DNA of 64,000 nt from an uncultured SAR116 cluster alpha proteobacterium (GTDB lineage Bacteria; Pseudomonadota; Alphaproteobacteria; Puniceispirillales; Marisalimonadaceae), in NCBI GenBank assembly GCA_902517275.1, contig CABYBQ010000002.1, forward strand, positions 977 through 64,976, in the 5' to 3' direction. Position numbers and translations under genes: made by a program. Under the pieces are notes generated by a model. That model made no database searches. It was not told the origin of the DNA and saw nothing but the letters and a program-made list of their open reading frames with translations. Positions 50,477-59,656 of the stretch are shown piece by piece (positions within the stretch are counted from its first letter, which is position 1; the number at the start of each line of letters is the position of its first letter).

Positions 50477-50758
50477 TTAATTAATATATGAATTAACTCT
50501 TGCTAATAATGAATTTAATCTGATTTTAATATCTAATAATTGATTTTTGAGATTGTTGTTTTCATTTTTCAATTTTTTAATTTTTGCTTTTAATAGAGTA
50601 TTATTTAAATCGTTATTTATAGGCTTTTTATTCTTGGCATCAGCTTTACAGGCATTATAAATAGTTATGTCTTTAGCAGATGTCCCTGTTAAAACACATT
50701 CATGAGCTTGGCTTTGAGAATAAATAAAAATAAAAAATAAAAAATAAAAAATCTTCAT
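50477..50758 (-). CDS. Hypothetical exported protein with Cys pair and C-terminal coiled coil
   Basis: Signal peptide ending SQA; EC..YNACK; heptad-like LKAKIKKLKNENNNLKNQLLDIK. Confidence 0.72.
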   Translation of the reverse strand: MKIFYFLFFIFIYSQSQAHECVLTGTSAKDITIYNACKADAKNKKPINNDLNNTLLKAKIKKLKNENNNLKNQLLDIKIRLNSLLARVNSYIN

Positions 50759-50831
50759 ATTGTTACTTTTTGTAAATTAAATTAATAATATAAAATTACA
50801 TACTAGTTATGTAATTAACAAGAGGTAAAAA

Positions 50832-51116
50832 ATGAACTCTCGAATAGCAGAATTTCAGTCTACTTATAAAGTCAATTGTGATATGTTAACAGCATTTTTT
50901 CAAAATGTTATGATACCTAGAAATATTAAAAACGGTCAGTTGAGTTGTGAGGTCTACAGAGTTTCAGATACTACAGGTTTTGTTATTTCATCTTTTAAAA
51001 ACAAAAATGATGCTACAAAAGTTATGAAAATAATGGCCGACGAACTCAATGAAGTTAAAGGTAATACCAAGATTAAATTAATTGAGGGTGAAAGAGTTTT
51101 TAGAATAGACCAATGA
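50832..51116 (+). CDS. Hypothetical protein (possible ferredoxin-like alpha/beta fold)
   Basis: ORF with AGAGG RBS; 1 nt upstream of the Hsp20 gene. Confidence 0.75.
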   Translation: MNSRIAEFQSTYKVNCDMLTAFFQNVMIPRNIKNGQLSCEVYRVSDTTGFVISSFKNKNDATKVMKIMADELNEVKGNTKIKLIEGERVFRIDQ

Positions 51117-51117
51117 T

Positions 51118-51534
51118 ATGAGCCTTGAACAAAAACAAATATTTAAGTTTTATGTTGGTTATGACGATATTTTTAACGAAATAGAAAATTTATCTAATAT
51201 TAAACCTCAAGCCAATGTAGCCTTCGATATTCTAAAATATGACAATAATAATTATGAAATAAATATTGCTCTAGCCGGTGTAACTCAGGACCAAATAACT
51301 ATTGAACAATTAAATAATTTTTTGATGTTAGAAGTGAAGGAAAAAACAAAAACTCCTTTTGAAGGTATTATTCATAAAGGTATTCGTACAAACTCGGTTA
51401 AACAAACTTTTAGGTTAGAACAAAATATAGAAGTTGATGATGCAGAATTAGTAAGTGGAATACTTAAAATTAAATTACATAAAAAAGAAATGAAAACAAA
51501 ATTAAAGAGAGAAATAGAAATTATAGAAGAATAA
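51118..51534 (+). CDS. Small heat shock protein (Hsp20, IbpA-like, divergent)
   Basis: VGYDDIF, YEINIALAG, IHKGI, AELVSGILKI, C-terminal IEI. Confidence 0.88.
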   Translation: MSLEQKQIFKFYVGYDDIFNEIENLSNIKPQANVAFDILKYDNNNYEINIALAGVTQDQITIEQLNNFLMLEVKEKTKTPFEGIIHKGIRTNSVKQTFRLEQNIEVDDAELVSGILKIKLHKKEMKTKLKREIEIIEE

Positions 51535-51589
51535 TAATATTATATATTTGTTCTTAAACATTTGGAAATAAAATGAAGGGTAATATGTC

Positions 51590-52357
51590 ATGAATTATAT
51601 GATCGATACTAATAAACTAAAAAGTCAGATAACCCAAGAAGAATGGCAACTTAGACTAGATCTCGCTGCAACCTATAGACTTATTGCACTCTATGGATGG
51701 GATGACTTAATATATACACATGTTTCATTAAGAATACCTGGTCCAGAACATCATTTTCTTATAAATCCTTATGGGCTAATGTTTGATGAAATTACAGCAT
51801 CAAGTTTAGTAAAAATTGACCTTAATGGTAATTCAGTTATAGACACTCCATATGAAGTTAATCCTGCAGGATTTACAATTCATAGTGCGATACATTCAGC
51901 AAGAGAAGATGCGCAGTGTGTTCTTCATCTTCATACTAATGACGGTGTTGCGGTATCTATTCAGAAAGATGGTTTGTTACCAATAAGTCAAACATCAATG
52001 TTGATACATCCTCATATAGCCTATCATGATTATGAAGGTCTAGCTTTAGATCATACTGAAAAAGAAAGATTAGTTGAAGATATAGGTGACAAAAATCTGT
52101 TTATATTACGAAATCACGGAACTTTGTCAGTAGGACAAACGTGTGGTATTGCTTTTATGGGTATATATTTTCTTGAAAGAGCGTGTTCCGCTCAGATAAG
52201 AGCTCAATCAGCAGGGTCCATTAATTTACCTTCAAAGGAAGCTATCAAAACAACACAAGATCAATCTATTGGCATGTTTGATTTAGGCAGAGATAGACTT
52301 GCTTGGCCAGCTTTATTAAGAAAACTCGAGAGACAATCACCAGATTACAAAAATTAA
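51590..52357 (+). CDS. Class II aldolase/adducin family protein
   Basis: LAATYRL, FLINPYGLMFDEITASSLVKID, IHSAIH, HLHT, LRNHG. Confidence 0.95.
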   Translation: MNYMIDTNKLKSQITQEEWQLRLDLAATYRLIALYGWDDLIYTHVSLRIPGPEHHFLINPYGLMFDEITASSLVKIDLNGNSVIDTPYEVNPAGFTIHSAIHSAREDAQCVLHLHTNDGVAVSIQKDGLLPISQTSMLIHPHIAYHDYEGLALDHTEKERLVEDIGDKNLFILRNHGTLSVGQTCGIAFMGIYFLERACSAQIRAQSAGSINLPSKEAIKTTQDQSIGMFDLGRDRLAWPALLRKLERQSPDYKN

Positions 52358-53244
52358 AAAGCTGACTTTGCGCCTCCAGTTTTTTGTGTTGTGAAAATTG
52401 ATCCATGATCTGGAGCTGGTGGCAAAGGTATTACTACAGGAACACTTTCCATTCTAGGTTGATAACTCACTTCCCCACAAACCATCTGTTTTTCTAATTG
52501 TTTACATAACTCTATTGGATCATTATTTTTTAAATAGGCACCAACACCTACTAAAGGCCATGCATCAGCAGAATTACACTCATAAAACAGCATTAATCTA
52601 TCTTTTTGGCTATTATTTGGTGCTGAGCCATGAAGAGTTCTAGCGTGATGAATTGTCATGGATCTGGCTTTTCCTGTAAGAGTAACAGCTTTGTCAATAT
52701 CAAAAAATTTATCATCTGGATTAATTGCGCCACAAAAAACTCCATTATTGTTATGACTTAGAACTGGACCCTTGTGGCTTTCGGGTATAACCATTAACGG
52801 TCCGTTATCAATATCCACATCATTAAGCATTAAACCTAATGCTAAAACATTATCATTTGTGTGTGGATAAAAGGCCCAATCTTGATGCCATTCAACTGCA
52901 GCACCACCTCCAGGAGATTTAGTATTCAATTTACTTGTTTTTAGAGAAATATCTTTGCCTAAAAGATCAATAAGTATCCCTTCAATTTTAGATTGTTTTA
53001 TTATATCCCAAAAAAATTGAGAATGTTGATGAGGCTGCTTTACTCTTTTTAGTCTGGGGTTAGTTGAACAGTGTCCATCTTCAAGATCAAAAATATTATC
53101 ATTTTCTTTTACGTTTTTAGATCTTTCAAAAAAATCTTTTACTAAAGCTAACATTTCCTTGTGTTGATCTTCCGTAATTACATCCTCAACCAGTAAATAT
53201 CCCTTATCGTTGTAAAAATTCACTTCGTCTTTGGATAATATCAT
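52354..53244 (-). CDS. Phytanoyl-CoA dioxygenase (PhyH) family Fe(II)/2OG dioxygenase
   Basis: WHQD, NGPLMVIPESH, LHGSAPN..R; AGGGAGG RBS. Confidence 0.93.
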   Translation of the reverse strand: MILSKDEVNFYNDKGYLLVEDVITEDQHKEMLALVKDFFERSKNVKENDNIFDLEDGHCSTNPRLKRVKQPHQHSQFFWDIIKQSKIEGILIDLLGKDISLKTSKLNTKSPGGGAAVEWHQDWAFYPHTNDNVLALGLMLNDVDIDNGPLMVIPESHKGPVLSHNNNGVFCGAINPDDKFFDIDKAVTLTGKARSMTIHHARTLHGSAPNNSQKDRLMLFYECNSADAWPLVGVGAYLKNNDPIELCKQLEKQMVCGEVSYQPRMESVPVVIPLPPAPDHGSIFTTQKTGGAKSAF

Positions 53245-53328
53245 CAACAACCTCCCTAAACTATGAACATATCATGTTGTTTAATCTTATAAATATGTTA
53301 ATCAAATAAACATGAAGAGCAACTACAA

Positions 53329-54567
53329 ATGAACAAAAATTTGATCGACATTGATAGTAGTCAGGCATGGATTAGATTAATAATAATTTTTATAATGAGC
53401 GTTATTGGCACTGCAGGAATGTGGTCAGTAGTAATTATAATGCCTAATATTCAAAGTGAATTTGTCCTTGATAGAGCTGCATCTACATACCCCTATGTAG
53501 CAACTATGTTTGGATATGGAATAGGTAATGTCATTATAGGGAGAATGCTAGATAAAATAGGAATTACAAAACCTATAATATTTGCTTTAACTCTTTTGGT
53601 TTTTTCATATTTAATTTCAACACTAGCTAACAATGTTATGTGGCTTTCAATAATTCAATTTTTCTTAGGTTTTTCTGCTGCCGCATTTTTTGGGCCAATG
53701 ATGGCTGATATTTCAAGATTTTTTTATAAAAGAAAAGGGCTTGCAGTATCTTTAGTTGCGAGTGGTCAACATCTTTGTGGAGCAGTTTGGCCTTTTGTAA
53801 TTAAGGATTTTCTTTTAGATGGTGAATGGAGAGAGGCTCATCTTTTTATTGCATTAGTTTGTAGTATTTTTATCCCAATATTATTTTATTTTCTTGGGGA
53901 AAAGTCACCAAATTTAAAAAATGATATCTCTAAAATAAAAAAAGAAGAAAATGTGAATTCTAATATAAAATTATCAATTAGTGACAAGAAAATTCAAGTT
54001 TTACTAATGTTTGCTGGTGTTTTTTGCTGCGTTGCGATGTCAATGCCACAGGTACATATTGTTCCTTTATGCATTGATAGTGGTTTTGGGATAGCTGTGG
54101 GAACTGAAATATTATCCTTTATGCTATTTGCTGCTGTAACTAGTAGAGTACTATTTGGTTTCTTATCTGACAAAATAGGTCCAATTCAAACTTTAATACT
54201 TGGATCAACTTTACAAGCAATTTCTCTGTCAATGTTTTTACCCTTTAATAGCCAATTATCGCTATATATAGTGGCAATTTGTTTTGGTTTATCCCAAGGT
54301 GGTATTGTTCCAATTTACGCAGTTATAATTAGTAAGTTTTTACCAGAAAATGAAGTTGCTGAAAGAGTTGGTTTATTAATTTTTGCGACTATAGTTGGGA
54401 TGTCACTTGGAGGATGGTTGTCAGGGGAAATTTATGATTATACTAACTCTTATCAGATGGCATTTTTAAATGGAATTTTTTGGAATTTAATTAATTTATT
54501 AATAATGTTTTATCTTTTTTTAAAATACAAACAGTCAATAAAAAGCGTGGATAAATATGAATATTGA
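53329..54567 (+). CDS. MFS transporter
   Basis: About 12 TM segments; GRMLDKIG and GFLSDKIG motif A. Confidence 0.93.
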   Translation: MNKNLIDIDSSQAWIRLIIIFIMSVIGTAGMWSVVIIMPNIQSEFVLDRAASTYPYVATMFGYGIGNVIIGRMLDKIGITKPIIFALTLLVFSYLISTLANNVMWLSIIQFFLGFSAAAFFGPMMADISRFFYKRKGLAVSLVASGQHLCGAVWPFVIKDFLLDGEWREAHLFIALVCSIFIPILFYFLGEKSPNLKNDISKIKKEENVNSNIKLSISDKKIQVLLMFAGVFCCVAMSMPQVHIVPLCIDSGFGIAVGTEILSFMLFAAVTSRVLFGFLSDKIGPIQTLILGSTLQAISLSMFLPFNSQLSLYIVAICFGLSQGGIVPIYAVIISKFLPENEVAERVGLLIFATIVGMSLGGWLSGEIYDYTNSYQMAFLNGIFWNLINLLIMFYLFLKYKQSIKSVDKYEY

Positions 54568-54715
54568 AAATCAAATGCGTCTTCTATGGACAAAATACTT
54601 AGAAACAAAAAATTTTAATTATCTTGCAGAAGCTTGTGAAAATGCTCCTTTTTTTGGTCAAGAAGAAATGGGAAAAGAGATTGGTAAAATTTTAAGAAGT
54701 TTAAATAGTGATTGA
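54557..54715 (+). CDS. Small soluble hypothetical protein (52 aa)
   Basis: Hand-translated MNIENQMRLLWTKYLETKNFNYLAEACENAPFFGQEEMGKEIGKILRSLNSD; overlaps both neighbours. Confidence 0.68.
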   Translation: MNIENQMRLLWTKYLETKNFNYLAEACENAPFFGQEEMGKEIGKILRSLNSD

Positions 54716-55250
54716 TACCAGATTAATTCTAGATTTTTGGTTCGTTCAATGCACACCTAATATGTGGTTCAAAAAAAGTGAGAGTTTTGATCAACTGTTA
54801 AGGACAAAATTTAAAAAAAATATAGAAATATGTTTAAAGATTAATATTGAACAAATTTCAATATCTTATGATAATTACCTTTCTTATATTCTTGTTCTGG
54901 ATCAGTTCACAAGAAATGTTTTCAGAAATAATCCTAAGGCATTTGAAGGTGATAAAACAGCTTTAGAATTATCTAAAACTGCTATTGAAAATAATTTTCT
55001 TATGAAATGTAAATTTCACTATAATAGTTTTTTTTTAATGCCAATTATGCATAGTGAAAATATAATTGATCATGAACTTGGTTTGCCTTTTTTTAAAAAG
55101 TTTACTAATGAAAATACATTCAAATACGCTTTGAAACACAAAAAAATTATAGAAAAATTTTCAAGGTTTCCTCATAGAAATAAAATATTAGGTAGAAAAT
55201 CAAGTGAATCGGAATTAGAGTTTCTAAAATCGCCTGGAAGTAGGTTTTAA
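54708..55250 (+). CDS. DUF924 family protein
   Basis: ILDFWF, WFKK..FD, LDQFTRN.FR, MP.MHSE, RFPHRN.ILGR.S. Confidence 0.93.
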   Translation: MIDTRLILDFWFVQCTPNMWFKKSESFDQLLRTKFKKNIEICLKINIEQISISYDNYLSYILVLDQFTRNVFRNNPKAFEGDKTALELSKTAIENNFLMKCKFHYNSFFLMPIMHSENIIDHELGLPFFKKFTNENTFKYALKHKKIIEKFSRFPHRNKILGRKSSESELEFLKSPGSRF

Positions 55251-55255
55251 ATTAT

Positions 55256-56053
55256 ATGAACGTCAAGAGTACTAAAATTGGTAAAAGCCCTTCAATCTCA
55301 GTTGACTATGCTGGTGACGGTGAAATGTTAATTTTTCTTCATGGAATTGGAGGAAATAAAAAGAACTGGAAAGACAACCTTAATTTTTTTTCTGATAAGT
55401 TTTTGTCAGTTGCATGGGATACAAGAGGGTATGGTGAAAGCGATGATTATGAAGGAGCACTAAAATTTGATGACATATTGGACGACTTAAAAAAAGTTTT
55501 AGATTATTTTAATAAAGAAAAAGCTCATATTGTTGGACTTTCAATGGGTGGACAAATCGCAACTTTATTTTATGAAAAATATTCTAATAATGTCAAAACA
55601 CTTACTTTGTGTGACACACATTTTGGTTTATCAAACCTTAATAAAAAAGATGTGGAAAGATTTATAAATTTAAGAAAAGAGCCCCTATTAAAAGGAAAAG
55701 AACCTAAAGATATAGCTCCTATAGTTGCTGAAACATTAATTGGTGACATGAAAAATACTTCTGCTTTTGAGCAACTAGTTGATTCAATGTCTCTTCTTCA
55801 TAAAGACAGTTATTTAAAAACAATTGATACCTCTATGAGAACAGAACATCGTCATATTTTTAAAACAATTAATGTACCTACATTAATAATGGTTGGTGAA
55901 CTTGACAGTCTAACACCACCTTCAATGTCTAAAGAAATTATGAAAGAAATTAAAAATAGTTATATCAAAATTATTCCAGAGGCTGGTCATTTAATAAATA
56001 TTGAGAAACCAGAATTATTCAACCATAATTTAAGGTCATTTTTGGAGAGTTGA
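55256..56053 (+). CDS. Alpha/beta hydrolase (3-oxoadipate enol-lactonase-like)
   Basis: HGIGG, D.RGYG.S, GLSMGG, GELD, AGHL.NIE.P. Confidence 0.93.
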   Translation: MNVKSTKIGKSPSISVDYAGDGEMLIFLHGIGGNKKNWKDNLNFFSDKFLSVAWDTRGYGESDDYEGALKFDDILDDLKKVLDYFNKEKAHIVGLSMGGQIATLFYEKYSNNVKTLTLCDTHFGLSNLNKKDVERFINLRKEPLLKGKEPKDIAPIVAETLIGDMKNTSAFEQLVDSMSLLHKDSYLKTIDTSMRTEHRHIFKTINVPTLIMVGELDSLTPPSMSKEIMKEIKNSYIKIIPEAGHLINIEKPELFNHNLRSFLES

Positions 56054-56725
56054 ATGAAAATAAATAAAATTAAATTTTATGTTTATTTATTAATCTACTC
56101 TCAAATAAAACACACAAAATTAATGACAAAAAATATGAGAAGTCCCAGCGATGGATTTCTTGGTAACATTGCAAAACATTTAATGATAAATTTTAACGAG
56201 TTTATAATTAATGACTCAGTTAAAAAGCTTGATGTAAGAAATAATGACGAAGTTATAGAAATAGGATCTGGAAACGGACAAGCAATTGAAAAGATACTTT
56301 ACTTAACTAATAAAAAAATTACTTCTATAGAAGTCAGTGAAAAGTTTCGTAATCAATTAATTCAAAGATTTAGAAATAAAAAAGTAGTTTTTTTTTCAAA
56401 TGATGCGAAGCAATTGGGAGATATTATAAAAGATAACACATTTACAAAACTTTTAGCTATCAATGTAATTTATTTTTTATATCCACTTTCTGACTATGCA
56501 AAAGAATTTTATAGGATTTTGAAGTTTGATGGAGTTGGTCTCTTAGCATGTAAATTTAAAGGAATTAAAAATTTTGATGATAATGTTGCCCCTAATAAAG
56601 ACTTAAATGAAGTAGTTAGAGCATTTGAAAAGGTTGGATTTTTAGTTGATACAGAATTTGTTGATTCAAAAAATGAGCAAAAAGAATATCACGCGATTTA
56701 TTTAAGAAAGGTAAAAAATGGATAG
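56054..56725 (+). CDS. Class I SAM-dependent methyltransferase
   Basis: VIEIGSGNG, NVIYF, YRILK; the start may be the downstream ATG (MTKNMRSP). Confidence 0.88.
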   Translation: MKINKIKFYVYLLIYSQIKHTKLMTKNMRSPSDGFLGNIAKHLMINFNEFIINDSVKKLDVRNNDEVIEIGSGNGQAIEKILYLTNKKITSIEVSEKFRNQLIQRFRNKKVVFFSNDAKQLGDIIKDNTFTKLLAINVIYFLYPLSDYAKEFYRILKFDGVGLLACKFKGIKNFDDNVAPNKDLNEVVRAFEKVGFLVDTEFVDSKNEQKEYHAIYLRKVKNG

Positions 56726-57596
56726 CCATAACTTAATTCAATCGAGGAGGAGTTTTATTTTTACTCCAGGTCTAAAACCAGAAATGTTTCCCAAAGCTAT
56801 CAAATCTGGAACAGATATGGTGTGTGTTGAATTAGAGGACGGGATTGCTCCCCAAGATAAAGATTTAGCAAGAAAATTAGCAATAAAGTTATTTGAAACA
56901 AAACAAAATAATGATGGTATTGAGAGGATACTTAGAATTAACTCTCTAAGAGAAAAATTTGGCATAGAAGATGTACAAGCTATCTTAAATACAAAAACGC
57001 CTCCTCCTGCTCTTATGATCCCGAAAGTTAAAAGTTCTGAAGAAATAGTCCTATTAGATAGTTTACTCACTGAAAAAAGGCATAATTGTAGACTACACAT
57101 TATTATTGAAACTAATGAAGGACTTGAAAAAGCATACGATATAGCTAATTGCTCCAACAGAATTGATGCTCTATTTTTTGGTGGAGTAGACATGTCAGCT
57201 GAATTAAGGTGTGAAAATAAATGGGAACCTTTACTATATGCCAGGTCAAGAATAGTACATGCAGCTTCATCTGCTGGAATTGATGCCATAGACGTTCCTT
57301 TTTTAGACTTAGATGACCCTGAAGGCATGAAACAAGAAGCAATTAAAGCAAAGGGACTAGGCTTTAGCGGTAAAGGATCAATACACCCAAAACAAATACC
57401 AATATTAAATGAAGTATTTACTCCGTCAGAGGAAGTCATTCAAAGAGCAAAAAAAATAACGTCAACTTTTGAAAAAGCAAATACAGGGCTTGTTGTCATT
57501 GATGGAAAACTTATTGAGAAACCTGTCTTAAGAGAAATGTATAGAATCTTAGCCGTTGCCAAAAAAATCGAAAAGAACAATGTGATTTTAAAATAA
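56718..57596 (+). CDS. CitE/HpcH family CoA-ester lyase (citramalyl-CoA lyase/RipC-like)
   Basis: RRSFIFTP, ELEDG, LRIN, IIET, FGGVDM, WEPL, IHPKQI, DGKLIE. Confidence 0.92.
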   Translation: MDSHNLIQSRRSFIFTPGLKPEMFPKAIKSGTDMVCVELEDGIAPQDKDLARKLAIKLFETKQNNDGIERILRINSLREKFGIEDVQAILNTKTPPPALMIPKVKSSEEIVLLDSLLTEKRHNCRLHIIIETNEGLEKAYDIANCSNRIDALFFGGVDMSAELRCENKWEPLLYARSRIVHAASSAGIDAIDVPFLDLDDPEGMKQEAIKAKGLGFSGKGSIHPKQIPILNEVFTPSEEVIQRAKKITSTFEKANTGLVVIDGKLIEKPVLREMYRILAVAKKIEKNNVILK

Positions 57597-57620
57597 TTAA
57601 TAAATTAACTATTTTATTTT

Positions 57621-59600
57621 TTATAATAAATTTTTATTAAATTTATTGTTAAACTTTAAAAATAATAAATACGTGATTGGTATAGAAAATAATAAAATCG
57701 CAAAAAAATTAATTTCATAATTTGAATACCCTGTAACATCTCCTCCTGGAAGGGCCATTAATATACCTGAAAATCCAAGCATGAATCTTATTGGCCATTC
57801 TAAGTATCCTGAGTTTTTAAGATTTCCTATTCCAACTAAATATCCTTGTAAAGAGCTTGAAATAAGAATAATTCCAGCAATAGCAGAAAAGAAAACAGTA
57901 AAAATTTCGAGTACCGATCCTCTGCCTATTAGTGCAGGATTTAAAACAAAAAAGAATGGAATGAAATAAATAACACTACCTAATTTCATTGCTTCTACGC
58001 CTGTTCTTATTCCATTTGCACCAGCAACTGATGCAGCGGCAAATGCACCTATAGCAACTGGCGGAGTTATAAATGATATCATTCCCCAATATAACATAAA
58101 TAAATGAACAGCAACTTTATCTAATCCACTACCCGTTAATGCTGGAGCAAGAGTTACTGCCAGAAACAAATAAGCAGCAGTTACTGTCATCCCAATACCT
58201 AATATAAAACTAGTAAGAGCACCCATAATAAGTAAAATAATTATAGAATCACCTGCAAAATCTACAAGCGCGTATGTAATAGTACCAATTTTACCAGTAA
58301 AAGTCAGTGAACCAATAATGAGGCCAATTGCAACTAGAATACCAGCAAGTTCTGCAAATAATCTACCTACGCTTTCTATGAAATGAAGGAAATTTTTGTA
58401 GTTCCACCTGTGTATTTTTACAATTTGATTGATTATTAATAATGTAGCTGTGGCATAGTAAGGAGCTTGAGCTTCTCTTTGCATGTATAATAACATTAAA
58501 ATTAACATTACAAATACAAATACAAAATACCAGCCTTCTTTTAAAACCTTTTTAATGGATGGAAGTTCTTTTGCAGGTAAACCTTTAAGGTGATTTCTTG
58601 CTGCGTACGCGTCTATTTGCATAAAAAGACCGAAATAATACAATATAGAAGGAAAAGCAGCTGCAATAATAATTTCAGAGTATGGGACCTCTAAAAAGGT
58701 TGCCATCACAAAAGCTGTTGCTCCCATAACTGGTGGCATTAATACTCCACCTGTAGATGCACATGCCTCGACACCTGCTGCATAAGAGGATTTGAAGCCA
58801 GTTTTCTTCATTGCGGGGATAGAGAGGACACCAGTAGTTAAAACGTTTGTAATTACACTTCCACTCATTGAACCCATTAGTCCAGAAGAAAAAATTGAAA
58901 CTTTTGCAGGTCCACCTCTTCTAGTACCCAAAAGTGCAAAAGCTAAATTTAAAAAAAAGGACCCGCCTCCAGTATGTTGAAGAGCTACTCCAAAAATTAA
59001 AAAACCAACAACTAGAGTTGCAAATGCAGTCATTGGTATACCCATAATGCTTTCAGTACCAAAAATATGAAATGTAGCGGTAGTATCCCATGGTTGGGCT
59101 GGCGCGCTTAAAAAACCAGGTAGAAAAGTTGAAATTGCTGGGTAAATAGAAATAATTAAACAAATAATAAAAATTGCATTTCCACCAGCTCTTCTACTAG
59201 CCTCTAAAACCAAACCCCACAAAATAAATGCCATTATTTTTGCATATGTTGGTGCAAGATATTCCCAACCCTCTTCTAGAATTAATGATCCACTATAACA
59301 AAAATAGCTTGCTATTATAAACGTAGAGGCAGCAAAAATTATATCATACCAGGGTATTTTACTTCCTCTCCTAGGAGTGGGATGATATACAATGAATGGT
59401 AAAGGCAACAATAAAGCAATCATAGCATAGAGATACTCAGTATCCAGCAGCACATAAGTATTTAAAAAATTACCAACACCGAACAACATATAAATTGAAA
59501 GAAAAGAAGATAATATGGCCGCAAACCTTAAAATATAGTTAGAGATATTGTTTGAAGCCCTGTTTCTAATTAAAGAGTCTTCTAGTTGGTTTTGGGACAT
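57621..59600 (-). CDS. TRAP transporter fused 4TM/12TM permease (TAXI type)
   Basis: RGGPAKV, GSMSGS, EACASTGG.LMPPVMGATAF, ITPPVA. Confidence 0.95.
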   Translation of the reverse strand: MSQNQLEDSLIRNRASNNISNYILRFAAILSSFLSIYMLFGVGNFLNTYVLLDTEYLYAMIALLLPLPFIVYHPTPRRGSKIPWYDIIFAASTFIIASYFCYSGSLILEEGWEYLAPTYAKIMAFILWGLVLEASRRAGGNAIFIICLIISIYPAISTFLPGFLSAPAQPWDTTATFHIFGTESIMGIPMTAFATLVVGFLIFGVALQHTGGGSFFLNLAFALLGTRRGGPAKVSIFSSGLMGSMSGSVITNVLTTGVLSIPAMKKTGFKSSYAAGVEACASTGGVLMPPVMGATAFVMATFLEVPYSEIIIAAAFPSILYYFGLFMQIDAYAARNHLKGLPAKELPSIKKVLKEGWYFVFVFVMLILMLLYMQREAQAPYYATATLLIINQIVKIHRWNYKNFLHFIESVGRLFAELAGILVAIGLIIGSLTFTGKIGTITYALVDFAGDSIIILLIMGALTSFILGIGMTVTAAYLFLAVTLAPALTGSGLDKVAVHLFMLYWGMISFITPPVAIGAFAAASVAGANGIRTGVEAMKLGSVIYFIPFFFVLNPALIGRGSVLEIFTVFFSAIAGIILISSSLQGYLVGIGNLKNSGYLEWPIRFMLGFSGILMALPGGDVTGYSNYEINFFAILLFSIPITYLLFLKFNNKFNKNLL

Positions 59601-59615
59601 ATTAAATTCCAATTT

Positions 59616-59646
59616 TGATAAGGTAAAACTTAGTTTTACCTTATCA
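59616..59646. terminator. Strong intercistronic hairpin between the TAXI SBP and permease genes
   Basis: Perfect 15-bp inverted repeat TGATAAGGTAAAACT-T-AGTTTTACCTTATCA. Confidence 0.75.
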
Positions 59647-59656
59647 GATTTATTTT

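Noticed and set aside
50731-50752. (TAAAAAA)x3 tandem repeat in a signal-peptide coding region as a phase-variation tract
   Set aside because: Only three units, expected from Phe/Ile/Tyr/Leu codons in AT-rich DNA; the frame is intact
56738-57439. 233-aa antisense ORF opposite the CitE-type lyase
   Set aside because: In this frame stops arise only before sense Tyr/His/Gln codons, which are scarce here; it has no motif and a shadow-like Ser/Ile/Phe composition
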